The notes beneath the pieces are model-generated. The model searched no databases, was not told where the DNA came from, and saw only the letters and a list, made by a program, of their open reading frames with translations. Of a DNA stretch of 64,000 nucleotides, positions 45,296 to 53,594 are shown in pieces. Made by a program: the position numbers and the translations under genes. The stretch spans positions 431-64,430 of the forward strand of contig DWYD01000181.1 in assembly GCA_019118865.1 (NCBI GenBank). Reading direction: 5' to 3'. This DNA comes from Candidatus Coprenecus merdipullorum (GTDB lineage Bacteria > Bacteroidota > Bacteroidia > Bacteroidales > UBA932). The first letter of the stretch is position 1. Each line of letters begins with the position of its first letter.

Positions 45296-47026
45296 TTATT
45301 CTTTTTCCAGATCCCGTAAAAGTTTTTGACAATACTGACCGAGATTCATATCCCTTTCCCCCAAACCTAGTTTTCTTCGGATTATGCTTGCACGGTTATG
45401 ATGCGAATGGCTGCCATTATTTATCAAATTGCCTATCTCCTTGCCACGAAGCCCCATCGCATAAAAGCAACAATAACCTGTCTCCCATTCTGAAAGGCCC
45501 TGATTTCTTAGATAATTTACAAATTTTGGATGCGCTACAGAATAAGACATCATAGTTGACAAGATAAATTCCTCTTTATCTTCCATGACTTCGCCAAGCA
45601 ATTTTTCTACATATTCAAGCAAATTACTGTCAGTCCCTGAAATTTTGGATGAAAGCACATGTGTTATTGCTGTTTGTCTATTACTGATAGCCTTACGTGT
45701 AGCTTCAGTAATATTTGACATTGCCAGCATCCTTTCTAATGTTTTATTTTCAATGATTAATCTTTCATTTACCAATTCGAGACACTTCTTCTTTTCCTCC
45801 AAGTTATTTCTAGACATTTCAGCCAATTCCGCATCCTTTCGTGCTTCACTTTCTCTGATTTCCTGCACTTTTAGTCTATGCCGCACAATCATAAGCCTCC
45901 CTACTACAACAGAAATTATTATTATACTAAAGAATACTAGAAACAGAACTGTATTTTTAGTTCGTAAAATTTCAACTTCCTTATTATATCTTTCCTCTAT
46001 AAATTTAGCCTCAGATTTTATTCTCTTAATATCCTCTGTTCTAACCATTTCTCGATAACTGGACAAAAGATTATATGCCTCTGTAAAATCTCCCAACCTA
46101 GCTTTGATCAATGCAGATAAAAGGTGATATTGAGGCATTGTAGCGTATTCAGGATTGGTTAAGGAATAGTATTCCAATGCCTTCATAGCCGAATTCAACT
46201 CTCCTAATTTTATGTAGGTACCCACTACTATTCCCCACTCCACTTTTTCAAAAGGTACTTCACGCAGATAGTCTTTCAGCAATACCTGTACTGTGCCCTT
46301 TTCCATCATAGAACCATCTGCTTCTGACAATATCAATCTTTCAGAATAATAAGCACTCAAGTTACTGGAACTTAATGAATCTTTCCCATACTCATTCTCT
46401 ATTACTGTCAAAATACTATCCGCTGAAAAATAATTCTCCTGCATACTTGCCGCATGAACTGCACTCAGCAAGGCCTTGACACACAGTTCTGAACTTCCTG
46501 ACCTGCCATAATATTCCGCTGACAACAATGAATATCTATATGCCATGTCAAAATAATACAAATCAAAATATACCGCCTTTTTCGCCGAATACAACCGCCC
46601 GACAGCCTTATAATCCTCCGCCCTATCCACATACCGTTCCGCACGGACATAGCACTCCATGGCTCTTTCCGAGTCGCCAAGATTACGGTAGATACATCCC
46701 AGGTAATACTGCGCCTTCAGCCTTTCGTCCGCACTTCCGTGACGGGAGTAGTACTCCGCTGCGGGACGGATGATGCTGTCGGTGGTCATGTCAATGTAAT
46801 TTTTATCCAGAGCCTGTGAATAGAGGAGTGCATGCCGTGCGGCAGCCTTGCGGCTCACCAGCCGGCTGCGCTGCATCGTGTCCAGAAGGGCCAGTGCTGT
46901 CTCCGGACTGTCTTCCATCACAGACTCAGCGGCATCCAGTTCCGACATCACCGCCGCATCGTCCGCACATGACACTGCCAGCAACAGCAGAACAGCCGCG
47001 GAAAGTAAGGACAATACCTGCCTCAT
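45296..47026 (-). CDS. Transmembrane one-component regulator: exported TPR-like region, one TM helix, coiled coil, LuxR/GerE-like HTH
   Basis: Lipobox-like LLLLAVSCADD and TPR-like repeats. The TM helix is TVLFLVFFSIIIISVVVGRLMIV. The C-terminus is GLSEWETGYCCFYAMGLRGKEIGNLI...ASIIRRKLGL. I chose the ATG at 47026, just after the upstream gene stop. Confidence 0.55.
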   Translation of the reverse strand: MRQVLSLLSAAVLLLLAVSCADDAAVMSELDAAESVMEDSPETALALLDTMQRSRLVSRKAAARHALLYSQALDKNYIDMTTDSIIRPAAEYYSRHGSADERLKAQYYLGCIYRNLGDSERAMECYVRAERYVDRAEDYKAVGRLYSAKKAVYFDLYYFDMAYRYSLLSAEYYGRSGSSELCVKALLSAVHAASMQENYFSADSILTVIENEYGKDSLSSSNLSAYYSERLILSEADGSMMEKGTVQVLLKDYLREVPFEKVEWGIVVGTYIKLGELNSAMKALEYYSLTNPEYATMPQYHLLSALIKARLGDFTEAYNLLSSYREMVRTEDIKRIKSEAKFIEERYNKEVEILRTKNTVLFLVFFSIIIISVVVGRLMIVRHRLKVQEIRESEARKDAELAEMSRNNLEEKKKCLELVNERLIIENKTLERMLAMSNITEATRKAISNRQTAITHVLSSKISGTDSNLLEYVEKLLGEVMEDKEEFILSTMMSYSVAHPKFVNYLRNQGLSEWETGYCCFYAMGLRGKEIGNLINNGSHSHHNRASIIRRKLGLGERDMNLGQYCQKLLRDLEKE

Positions 47027-47033
47027 GCCCATG

Positions 47034-48725
47034 CTAGTTGGCCTCGACCAGGGCCTCTGACACATTGATGGCGAAGTCACCGACCCGCTCGCACTCGGAG
47101 ATCAGGTCCATGTAGTAGACTCCGCGGAGGTAGCCGCTCTCCTCGGACTCGATGTGGCGGAGGTGTTCCTCCTTGAGATTGTCGCGGTACTCGTTGATAT
47201 CGTGTTCGGCGTCCTGTGCGTTGGAAATGTTGATGATACGCTGGAAACCGGAGCGGAGATTGGCCGTCATGCAGTCCAGGGCGGTATCCACCAGATCCAG
47301 CATGTGGTTGATCTTCTTGACCGCACCTTCGTCGAACTTCTGACCGTGCAGGTTCTTGCGCTGGAGGATACGTCCGATATTGAAGCCCGAGTCACCGATG
47401 CTCTCCAGCTCCGAGATGATCTTGTACATCGCGTGCATCCTGTTGGTGCCGTCCTGACTGAGCTCGCCCTCTCCTATATTGCTGAGGTATTTGGCTATCT
47501 CGAACTCTATCCGGTCGGTGATCTGCTCGTAGTGCTCGAGTTTCTTGAAAAGCTCGTCGAAGCGGTTCTCATTGTCCGCCTCGTTGACAGCCTGACGGGC
47601 GTATGCATACTGCCTCTTGACTATCTCGGAGAAATGCACCACTTCCTGCTCCGCCTGCTCGAGAGACAGCTCCGCGGTACTCATCATACCGCCCTGGATG
47701 TACCTGAGACGGAAGACCTCCTCCTCGTCCCTGCGGCCCTTGATGATCCAGGTGACCAGCTTGACTATCTGCGGGGTAAACCATATCAGGATGCAGGTAT
47801 TGGTGATGTTGAACAGGGTATGGACGGTCGATATGGCATAAAGAAGGGAGGCAGAGGACGTGAAAGGGTCCTCGCCGCCCAGACCGACCACTATCTTGGC
47901 GACTAGCCACAGGAAGGGCTTGTACAGGGCCAGCACCCAGATGACGCCGAAGACATTGAATACGGTGTGGGCAAGGGCGGCACGCTTGGCAGAGATATTG
48001 CCCACGGAAGCGGCTATGTTGGCGGTAATGGTGGTTCCGATATTCTCGCCGAGCACCATGGCCGCGGCTATCTCGAAGGGTATCCAGCCCTGGCTGGCCA
48101 TCACCAGTGTCAGGGCCACTGTGGCGCTGGAGGACTGGAGGATGATGGTAAGGACGGTACCGACAAGTACGAATATCAGGACAGAGAAGAATCCCCAGTC
48201 GGTCCACCGCTGGATAAATGCCAGGGCCTCAGGGTTGGCGCTCAGGTCCGGAACGGAGTTCTTAAGGTACGTAAGGCCCAGGAAAAGGAGGGCAAAGCCT
48301 ATGATCATCTCTCCTATGCTCTTGCGCTTCTGGGACTTGAACATCATGAATACAAATCCGAGACCTACCAGCGGGATGGAGAGCATCGAGATGTCTGCCG
48401 TGAATCCCAGCAGGGATATAAGCCAGGAGGTGACAGTCGTTCCGATATTGGCTCCCATTATCACGCCTACGGCCTGGGTCAGACTCAGCAGACCCGCATT
48501 GACGAAGCTGACTATCATCACGGTCGTGGCACTGGAGGACTGGATGATGGCTGTGATGAGGGTTCCGGTCAGAACACGGGTGAAGGAGTTGGCCGTCATG
48601 GCCGAAAGAATGGAACGCAGGCGGTTGCCGGCTACTTTCTGGAGGCCCTCGCTCATCAGCGTCATGCCGTAGAGAAAGAGACCCAGGGCTCCCAGCAGAG
48701 TCAGTATCTGGAATATGGTGCTCAT
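47034..48725 (-). CDS. Na/Pi cotransporter family protein with C-terminal PhoU-like repeats
   Basis: LGALGLFLYGM, the duplicated QSSSATT/QSSSATV motifs, and PhoU-like ELESIGDSGFNI and ECERVGDFAINV. The ATG at 48725 is preferred because a -7 box sits at 48753-48760. The ORF track extends to 48755. Confidence 0.88.
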   Translation of the reverse strand: MSTIFQILTLLGALGLFLYGMTLMSEGLQKVAGNRLRSILSAMTANSFTRVLTGTLITAIIQSSSATTVMIVSFVNAGLLSLTQAVGVIMGANIGTTVTSWLISLLGFTADISMLSIPLVGLGFVFMMFKSQKRKSIGEMIIGFALLFLGLTYLKNSVPDLSANPEALAFIQRWTDWGFFSVLIFVLVGTVLTIILQSSSATVALTLVMASQGWIPFEIAAAMVLGENIGTTITANIAASVGNISAKRAALAHTVFNVFGVIWVLALYKPFLWLVAKIVVGLGGEDPFTSSASLLYAISTVHTLFNITNTCILIWFTPQIVKLVTWIIKGRRDEEEVFRLRYIQGGMMSTAELSLEQAEQEVVHFSEIVKRQYAYARQAVNEADNENRFDELFKKLEHYEQITDRIEFEIAKYLSNIGEGELSQDGTNRMHAMYKIISELESIGDSGFNIGRILQRKNLHGQKFDEGAVKKINHMLDLVDTALDCMTANLRSGFQRIINISNAQDAEHDINEYRDNLKEEHLRHIESEESGYLRGVYYMDLISECERVGDFAINVSEALVEAN

Positions 48726-48752
48726 ATATCTTTGGATTTCTTCAAAATTATG

Positions 48753-48760
48753 CAAATATA
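48753..48760 (-). promoter_or_regulatory. Putative -7 promoter box (TATATTTG on the minus strand)
   Basis: 28 nt upstream of the ATG at 48725. Confidence 0.4.
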
Positions 48761-48762
48761 GC

Positions 48763-48770
48763 TATCTTTG
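48763..48770 (+). promoter_or_regulatory. Putative -7 promoter box (TATCTTTG)
   Basis: Only 5 nt before the ATG at 48775, which implies a very short leader. Confidence 0.3.
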
Positions 48771-48774
48771 CGGC

Positions 48775-51759
48775 ATGTTGCACTTGACTAAACCTATAAT
48801 AGCTGCGATTTTTCTGATATTCGCATCAGCCACAGCTCTTCACAGCCAGTACTACACCCTGGGCAACGATCCTTCAAGAGCCCGCTGGAGAACGGTCACA
48901 TCAAAACACTACCGGCTCATCTACCCTGAGGAGACCGATTCCATGGCCCGCCTCTACCTCTACACCCTGGAAAAAGTAAGACCTGCCGTCATGTCCCAGC
49001 TCAATATCAATCCCCGCCGCATCCCCGTGATACTCCACCCATACATCACCACCAGCAACGGGGTGGTGACCTGGGCACCGAAGCGCATGGAGCTCTTCAC
49101 CTCGCCCGACCCTTACGGCAGCAATCCCGACCACTGGATGACCCACCTGTCCATCCACGAGTCCAGGCATGTGGGGCAGGTGGAGCATTTCACCAAAGGC
49201 ATATACAACGTCTTCTACTACCTCCTGGGAGAGCAGGTGACGGGCATCGGACTGGGACTGTTCGCCAACAAGTTCGCGATGGAGGGCGATGCCGTGATAG
49301 CCGAGACTGAGCTGACAGGCGGAGGCCGCGGGCGCAATGCCGACTTCCTGAAATACCTGAGAGCGATGTACATCAATGGCGATTTCCGCAACTGGGACCG
49401 CATGCAGTTCGGCTCATTCAGGCACTATACCCCGGACTACTACGTGTTCGGCTACGCCCTGGGAAGCTACGACCGCTACATCACAGGTCTGCCGGACTAT
49501 ATCGGACAATATTTCCGGGCACCCGTCAAGCGCTGGTACGACATACCGGTGCTGCTGGACCCAGGACTGCGGCTGAACGGTGAGAGCAAATTCAGGACTT
49601 TCGCCCGCTCACAGGGATTCTACAGCGAGATGTGGCGGCAGGACTACCTGTCCCGCGGCGCATATACCTCCCCGGACAGCCTGCTCAGGAGAGGACATAG
49701 GGTCTACACCGAATACACCAGTCCGATTTACGTCACTGACCCCGAGTCCCGCTGGGACCGCACGGTGATAGCGGTAAGGCAGGGCATGGAGATGGCTCCG
49801 GCGCTGGTCAGCATAGACAGCACAGGCCACGAGAGATACATCCGCCCCTTCCCCGTCACATCATCGAGGCTGACCTACGACGGGCGTCATCACATCTACT
49901 GGACCGAACCGGTATCCAACGAGGCTTCCAACCTGGAGGACTTCTCTGTCGTCATGGCATTTGACCTGCGCACCGGCCGTATCGGTTCAAAAAAACGCAG
50001 GACCAAATATTTCAACCCCGCGCCTTCCGTTACAGGAGACACTCTGGCCGTTGCCGAATATCCAGTAGAAGGCTCTACGAGGCTGACACTGCTCGATGCC
50101 CGCACGGGAGATGTACTGCGTACGGTTCCGGCCCCGGACAACGGGCAACTCCGGGAGTCTGTCTTTGACGGCAGCAGCATCTACTGCACAGTGATTCAGG
50201 AGAACGGCATAGGCATCTACCGTCTCTGTGACGGACAATGGTCCGAGGTCATCGCCCCCCAGCTTCAGAGCATCTCAGGCCTGAAGCTGCACGGCAGGGA
50301 ACTGTATTTTTCCAGCGACCTGGACGGAGTCATCAACATCTACAGCTACAATCCCGGCAGCGGTATCCTCCTGCGCAGAACCAACTCCGAATACGGAGCC
50401 GACTACCCGTACTTCGACCCCTCTGGGGAAAAAGCCTACTACAGCGAGTACAGCCTCGGCGGCTACCGTCCCGTCAGTCTTCCGACAGACAGGATGAGGT
50501 CGGATTCCTCCGATTTCTCCAGGCCGTTCAGGCATCCGATGGCCGAGTTTCTGACCCGCCAGACCCGCAGCTCCTTCAAGCCTGCCCCGGGAGACACGGC
50601 CGACAGGGGCATCCTGGACCCGGAGCAGTATCCGTCGAAGCGGTATTCCAAGTTCCTCCACATCTTCAACATCCACTCCTGGTTCCCGATATACGTCGAC
50701 ATGGACAGACTGATGTCGTTCACTTTCGAGAACTTCACCCGGACCGCGACCGTCGGAGCCACAGTCCTCTCCCAGAACCGTCTCGGCAACATCACCTCCA
50801 GCCTGAGCTACGGATACATGAGGGATTCCTTTACAGGAAAATATTTCCACTCCGGGCATTTCTCGATGGATGCGGAGGTCTACGGCAACTTCTCCGTCGA
50901 GCTGAGCCTGGACGTCAATGAGCGCAATGCCCAGGACAACGCCTATGACCTTAGCCTGGGAGGACAGTATATCAATGAAAGGGCCGGCACTCCGCATCTG
51001 AGCGCGCAGGCTACGGTATACTATCCGATAAGCTTCAACAGCCGCGGATGGTACAGGAGCCTGACCCCCTATGTGTCCTGGAACTTCACCAATGACCGGT
51101 ACTACAAGTACAGTTACGGCCTCAGCGAAAGCGGAATACATCAAGTGAGCGGCACCCCTGTCATGAGACATCTGATGCAGTACGGCATCTCCTACGCCCA
51201 GTCCCTGCCCACCGCCACCTCCCAGATCTATCCGAGATGGGGATTCGGCATCTCCCTGCAGGGAGCCTCCTCAATCGGCGTCCGGGACTATTTCGGACAT
51301 GTGGCCAAGGCCAACGGCTACGTATACTTCCCCGGCATCACCCGTCAGCAGGGAGTCCGCCTGGGTTTCTCATTCCAGAAACAGTTTGTAGACGGTAAGT
51401 TCTTCCTCAGCTCGCTGACATCGCTTCCCAGAGGCTACACCGGATACTGCTTCGACGCGGCATACGGCAGCGTATCCCTGGATTACGCGGTTCCCGTCTA
51501 CCTGGGCGACATCAGCCTCGGTCCGGTACTGTACCTCAAGCGGCTGCAGCTGATTCCGTTCGGGGACTACGCAAGGGGCGTTGAGAACGGCACCGGAGCC
51601 GTCAACCGTTACTACTCTTTCGGAGCGGATGTAAAGGTGGATTTCATCGCCCTGAGGCTCAACTTCCCGCTCAGCATCGGCATGCGCTACGCCCGCACCG
51701 GTCCCCAGACCGGCTCACAGAACTACTTCGGACTGCTCTTCGACGTATCTTTCAACTAG
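48775..51759 (+). CDS. Large exported protein: HExxH-containing N-domain, TolB-like propeller region, C-terminal beta-barrel-like region
   Basis: Signal peptide MLHLTKPIIAAIFLIFASATALHSQ. HESRH is at 49156-49170. Propeller-like repeats include ELYFSSDLDGVINIYSYNPGSG. The C-terminal third is rich in aromatic/Gly alternation and ends FDVSFN. Confidence 0.65.
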   Translation: MLHLTKPIIAAIFLIFASATALHSQYYTLGNDPSRARWRTVTSKHYRLIYPEETDSMARLYLYTLEKVRPAVMSQLNINPRRIPVILHPYITTSNGVVTWAPKRMELFTSPDPYGSNPDHWMTHLSIHESRHVGQVEHFTKGIYNVFYYLLGEQVTGIGLGLFANKFAMEGDAVIAETELTGGGRGRNADFLKYLRAMYINGDFRNWDRMQFGSFRHYTPDYYVFGYALGSYDRYITGLPDYIGQYFRAPVKRWYDIPVLLDPGLRLNGESKFRTFARSQGFYSEMWRQDYLSRGAYTSPDSLLRRGHRVYTEYTSPIYVTDPESRWDRTVIAVRQGMEMAPALVSIDSTGHERYIRPFPVTSSRLTYDGRHHIYWTEPVSNEASNLEDFSVVMAFDLRTGRIGSKKRRTKYFNPAPSVTGDTLAVAEYPVEGSTRLTLLDARTGDVLRTVPAPDNGQLRESVFDGSSIYCTVIQENGIGIYRLCDGQWSEVIAPQLQSISGLKLHGRELYFSSDLDGVINIYSYNPGSGILLRRTNSEYGADYPYFDPSGEKAYYSEYSLGGYRPVSLPTDRMRSDSSDFSRPFRHPMAEFLTRQTRSSFKPAPGDTADRGILDPEQYPSKRYSKFLHIFNIHSWFPIYVDMDRLMSFTFENFTRTATVGATVLSQNRLGNITSSLSYGYMRDSFTGKYFHSGHFSMDAEVYGNFSVELSLDVNERNAQDNAYDLSLGGQYINERAGTPHLSAQATVYYPISFNSRGWYRSLTPYVSWNFTNDRYYKYSYGLSESGIHQVSGTPVMRHLMQYGISYAQSLPTATSQIYPRWGFGISLQGASSIGVRDYFGHVAKANGYVYFPGITRQQGVRLGFSFQKQFVDGKFFLSSLTSLPRGYTGYCFDAAYGSVSLDYAVPVYLGDISLGPVLYLKRLQLIPFGDYARGVENGTGAVNRYYSFGADVKVDFIALRLNFPLSIGMRYARTGPQTGSQNYFGLLFDVSFN

Positions 51760-53591
51760 GATTTGTCCAGCGCGAACCACTCGAACAGAGCATCGGCCGC
51801 CCTTTTTCCTATGACGTTGACTATCTCACGGTAGGGCGCCTTCTTGATTTTGGATACCGTCCTGTACTTGGTCACCAGCTTCCCGCGGCTGACGGCCCCC
51901 ACTCCCGGTATGCCGTCCAGCTCCGAGACCAGGGAGGATGCGCTGCGCCGGTTGCGGTGATGGGTGATGCCGAAGCGGTGCGCCTCGTCCCGGATGTGCA
52001 TGAGCACCTTGAGGGAGGTGGAGTTGCGGTCAATGAAGTGAGGATACGGGTCGCCCGGCACGATGATCTCCTCCATCCGCTTGGCCAGCCCGATCAGCTT
52101 GACCTTTCCGATGAGCCCTATCTCGTCCAGGGCCTCGTAGGCCGCATTGACCTGACCGCGGCCGCCGTCGATGACTATCAGCTGCGGGAGCTCCTGCCCT
52201 TCGGCCAGCAGACGGGTGTAGCGGCGGTTGACCACCTCCTTCATGGAGGCGAAGTCGTCCGGGCCGACGACGGTCTTGATGTTGAAGTGCCGGTAGTCCT
52301 TCCTGGAAGGAGCCCCGTCACGGAAGACGACACATGAGGCCACGGGATTGGTGCCCTGGATATTGGAGTTGTCGAAGCACTCGATATGCACCGGGGGAAC
52401 GTCCATCCCCAGGTCCTTGCGCAGATTCTCCACTATGCGGGCCGAGTGCTCCTCGGGGTTGACGAACTCCTCGTGCTTGAGCCGCTCGAACTTGATGGCC
52501 GCCGCATTTTTCCTGCCCAGCTCCAGCAGCGCCAGGCGGTCTCCCTTTTCCGGGACGGTGAATGTAACCCCCGGCAGAGCCTCCGGCATATCGGGCATGA
52601 ACGGCACCACTATCTCCGGCGGACGGGTCCCGGCCTCCTCCCCGTAGTCCCGCAGCTTCTCATAGACTCCGGATATGAAGGAGCCGAGCACTTCCGGTTC
52701 CTGCTCCTCGATACGCATCCTGATTTCCAGGTTCATGGACTGGATGATACCCCCGTCGTGCACCCTCAGGAAGCTGCCGAAGGCCTCCGTGCCCTCGAAG
52801 ATGATGTAGAAGACATCGACATTGATGCCCTTGGCATTGACGATGAGCGACTTGGCGTAATGCTTCTCCAGCAGTTCCATCTTCTCCTTCCACTCCTGGG
52901 CCTCCTCGAACCGCAGCTGCCCCGCGCATTCCTTCATCCGCCGCTCGAAGTCCTTGATCAGCGACCAGGAATTGCCCTTAAGTATCTGAATGATAGCTTC
53001 GGTCTGCGCCCTGTATTCCTCTTCGGAGAACTTCCCGACGCATGGTCCGGCACACCGGCCCAGATGGTAGTCCAGACAGACCTTGAACTTGCCCTTGGCT
53101 ATGCCCTCGCCCGTAAGGGGGAGCCGGCAGGTGCGGAGCCGGTAAAGGGAGTTGATGAGAGACAGCAGGTTATGGGCGTGCATGGCCGAGCTGTAGGGCC
53201 CGAAATACCTGGAACCGTCCCGGACGAAGCGGCGGGTGACGGTGACGCGGGGGAAGGGCTCGTTGTGCAGGCATATCCACGGATAGGTCTTGCCGTCCTT
53301 GAGGAGGATGTTGTAGCGGGGCTGGAACTGCTTGATGAGGTTGTTCTCCAGCAGGAAGGCGTCCGACTCCGAGCCGACCACCGTGTGCTGGATGTCAGCT
53401 ATCTTGGAGACCATGACCTGAGTCTTGCGGTTCAGGCCGTTAGGGCGGAAATACTGGGACACGCGGTTCTTCAGGTCCTTGGCCTTGCCCACGTATATGA
53501 CGGTGCCCCCGGAGTCCAGAAAGCGGTACACTCCCGGGCTGTGGGGCAGCATTTTCAAAATAATGCCTATATTTGCAGGATGTTTTGACAT
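51756..53591 (-). CDS. uvrC: Excinuclease ABC subunit C
   Basis: GIY-YIG motif GVYRFLDSGGTVIYVGKAKDLKNRVSQYF, a UvrBC domain, and a C-terminal (HhH)2 region. Confidence 0.96.
   Translation of the reverse strand: MSKHPANIGIILKMLPHSPGVYRFLDSGGTVIYVGKAKDLKNRVSQYFRPNGLNRKTQVMVSKIADIQHTVVGSESDAFLLENNLIKQFQPRYNILLKDGKTYPWICLHNEPFPRVTVTRRFVRDGSRYFGPYSSAMHAHNLLSLINSLYRLRTCRLPLTGEGIAKGKFKVCLDYHLGRCAGPCVGKFSEEEYRAQTEAIIQILKGNSWSLIKDFERRMKECAGQLRFEEAQEWKEKMELLEKHYAKSLIVNAKGINVDVFYIIFEGTEAFGSFLRVHDGGIIQSMNLEIRMRIEEQEPEVLGSFISGVYEKLRDYGEEAGTRPPEIVVPFMPDMPEALPGVTFTVPEKGDRLALLELGRKNAAAIKFERLKHEEFVNPEEHSARIVENLRKDLGMDVPPVHIECFDNSNIQGTNPVASCVVFRDGAPSRKDYRHFNIKTVVGPDDFASMKEVVNRRYTRLLAEGQELPQLIVIDGGRGQVNAAYEALDEIGLIGKVKLIGLAKRMEEIIVPGDPYPHFIDRNSTSLKVLMHIRDEAHRFGITHHRNRRSASSLVSELDGIPGVGAVSRGKLVTKYRTVSKIKKAPYREIVNVIGKRAADALFEWFALDKS
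53568..53575 (+). promoter_or_regulatory. Putative -7 promoter box (TATATTTG) embedded in the first codons of uvrC
   Basis: 20 nt upstream of the ATG at 53595. The two divergent start codons are only 3 bp apart. Confidence 0.4.
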
Positions 53592-53594
53592 GGT

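Noticed and set aside
44720-46620. Mobile element (IS, ICE or prophage fragment) responsible for the AT-rich patch
   Set aside because: I could not identify a transposase, integrase, tRNA target or terminal inverted or direct repeats at the edges. Only the compositional anomaly is reported.
52386-53588. 400-aa ORF antisense to uvrC. Similar long antisense ORFs occur in the genes for lepA, ppk1, the EF-G paralog, mrp, the acyl ligase, the Na/Pi cotransporter, the large exported protein and the OlsF-like enzyme.
   Set aside because: All lie fully inside strongly supported genes on the other strand and show the typical reverse-complement composition of GC-rich coding DNA.
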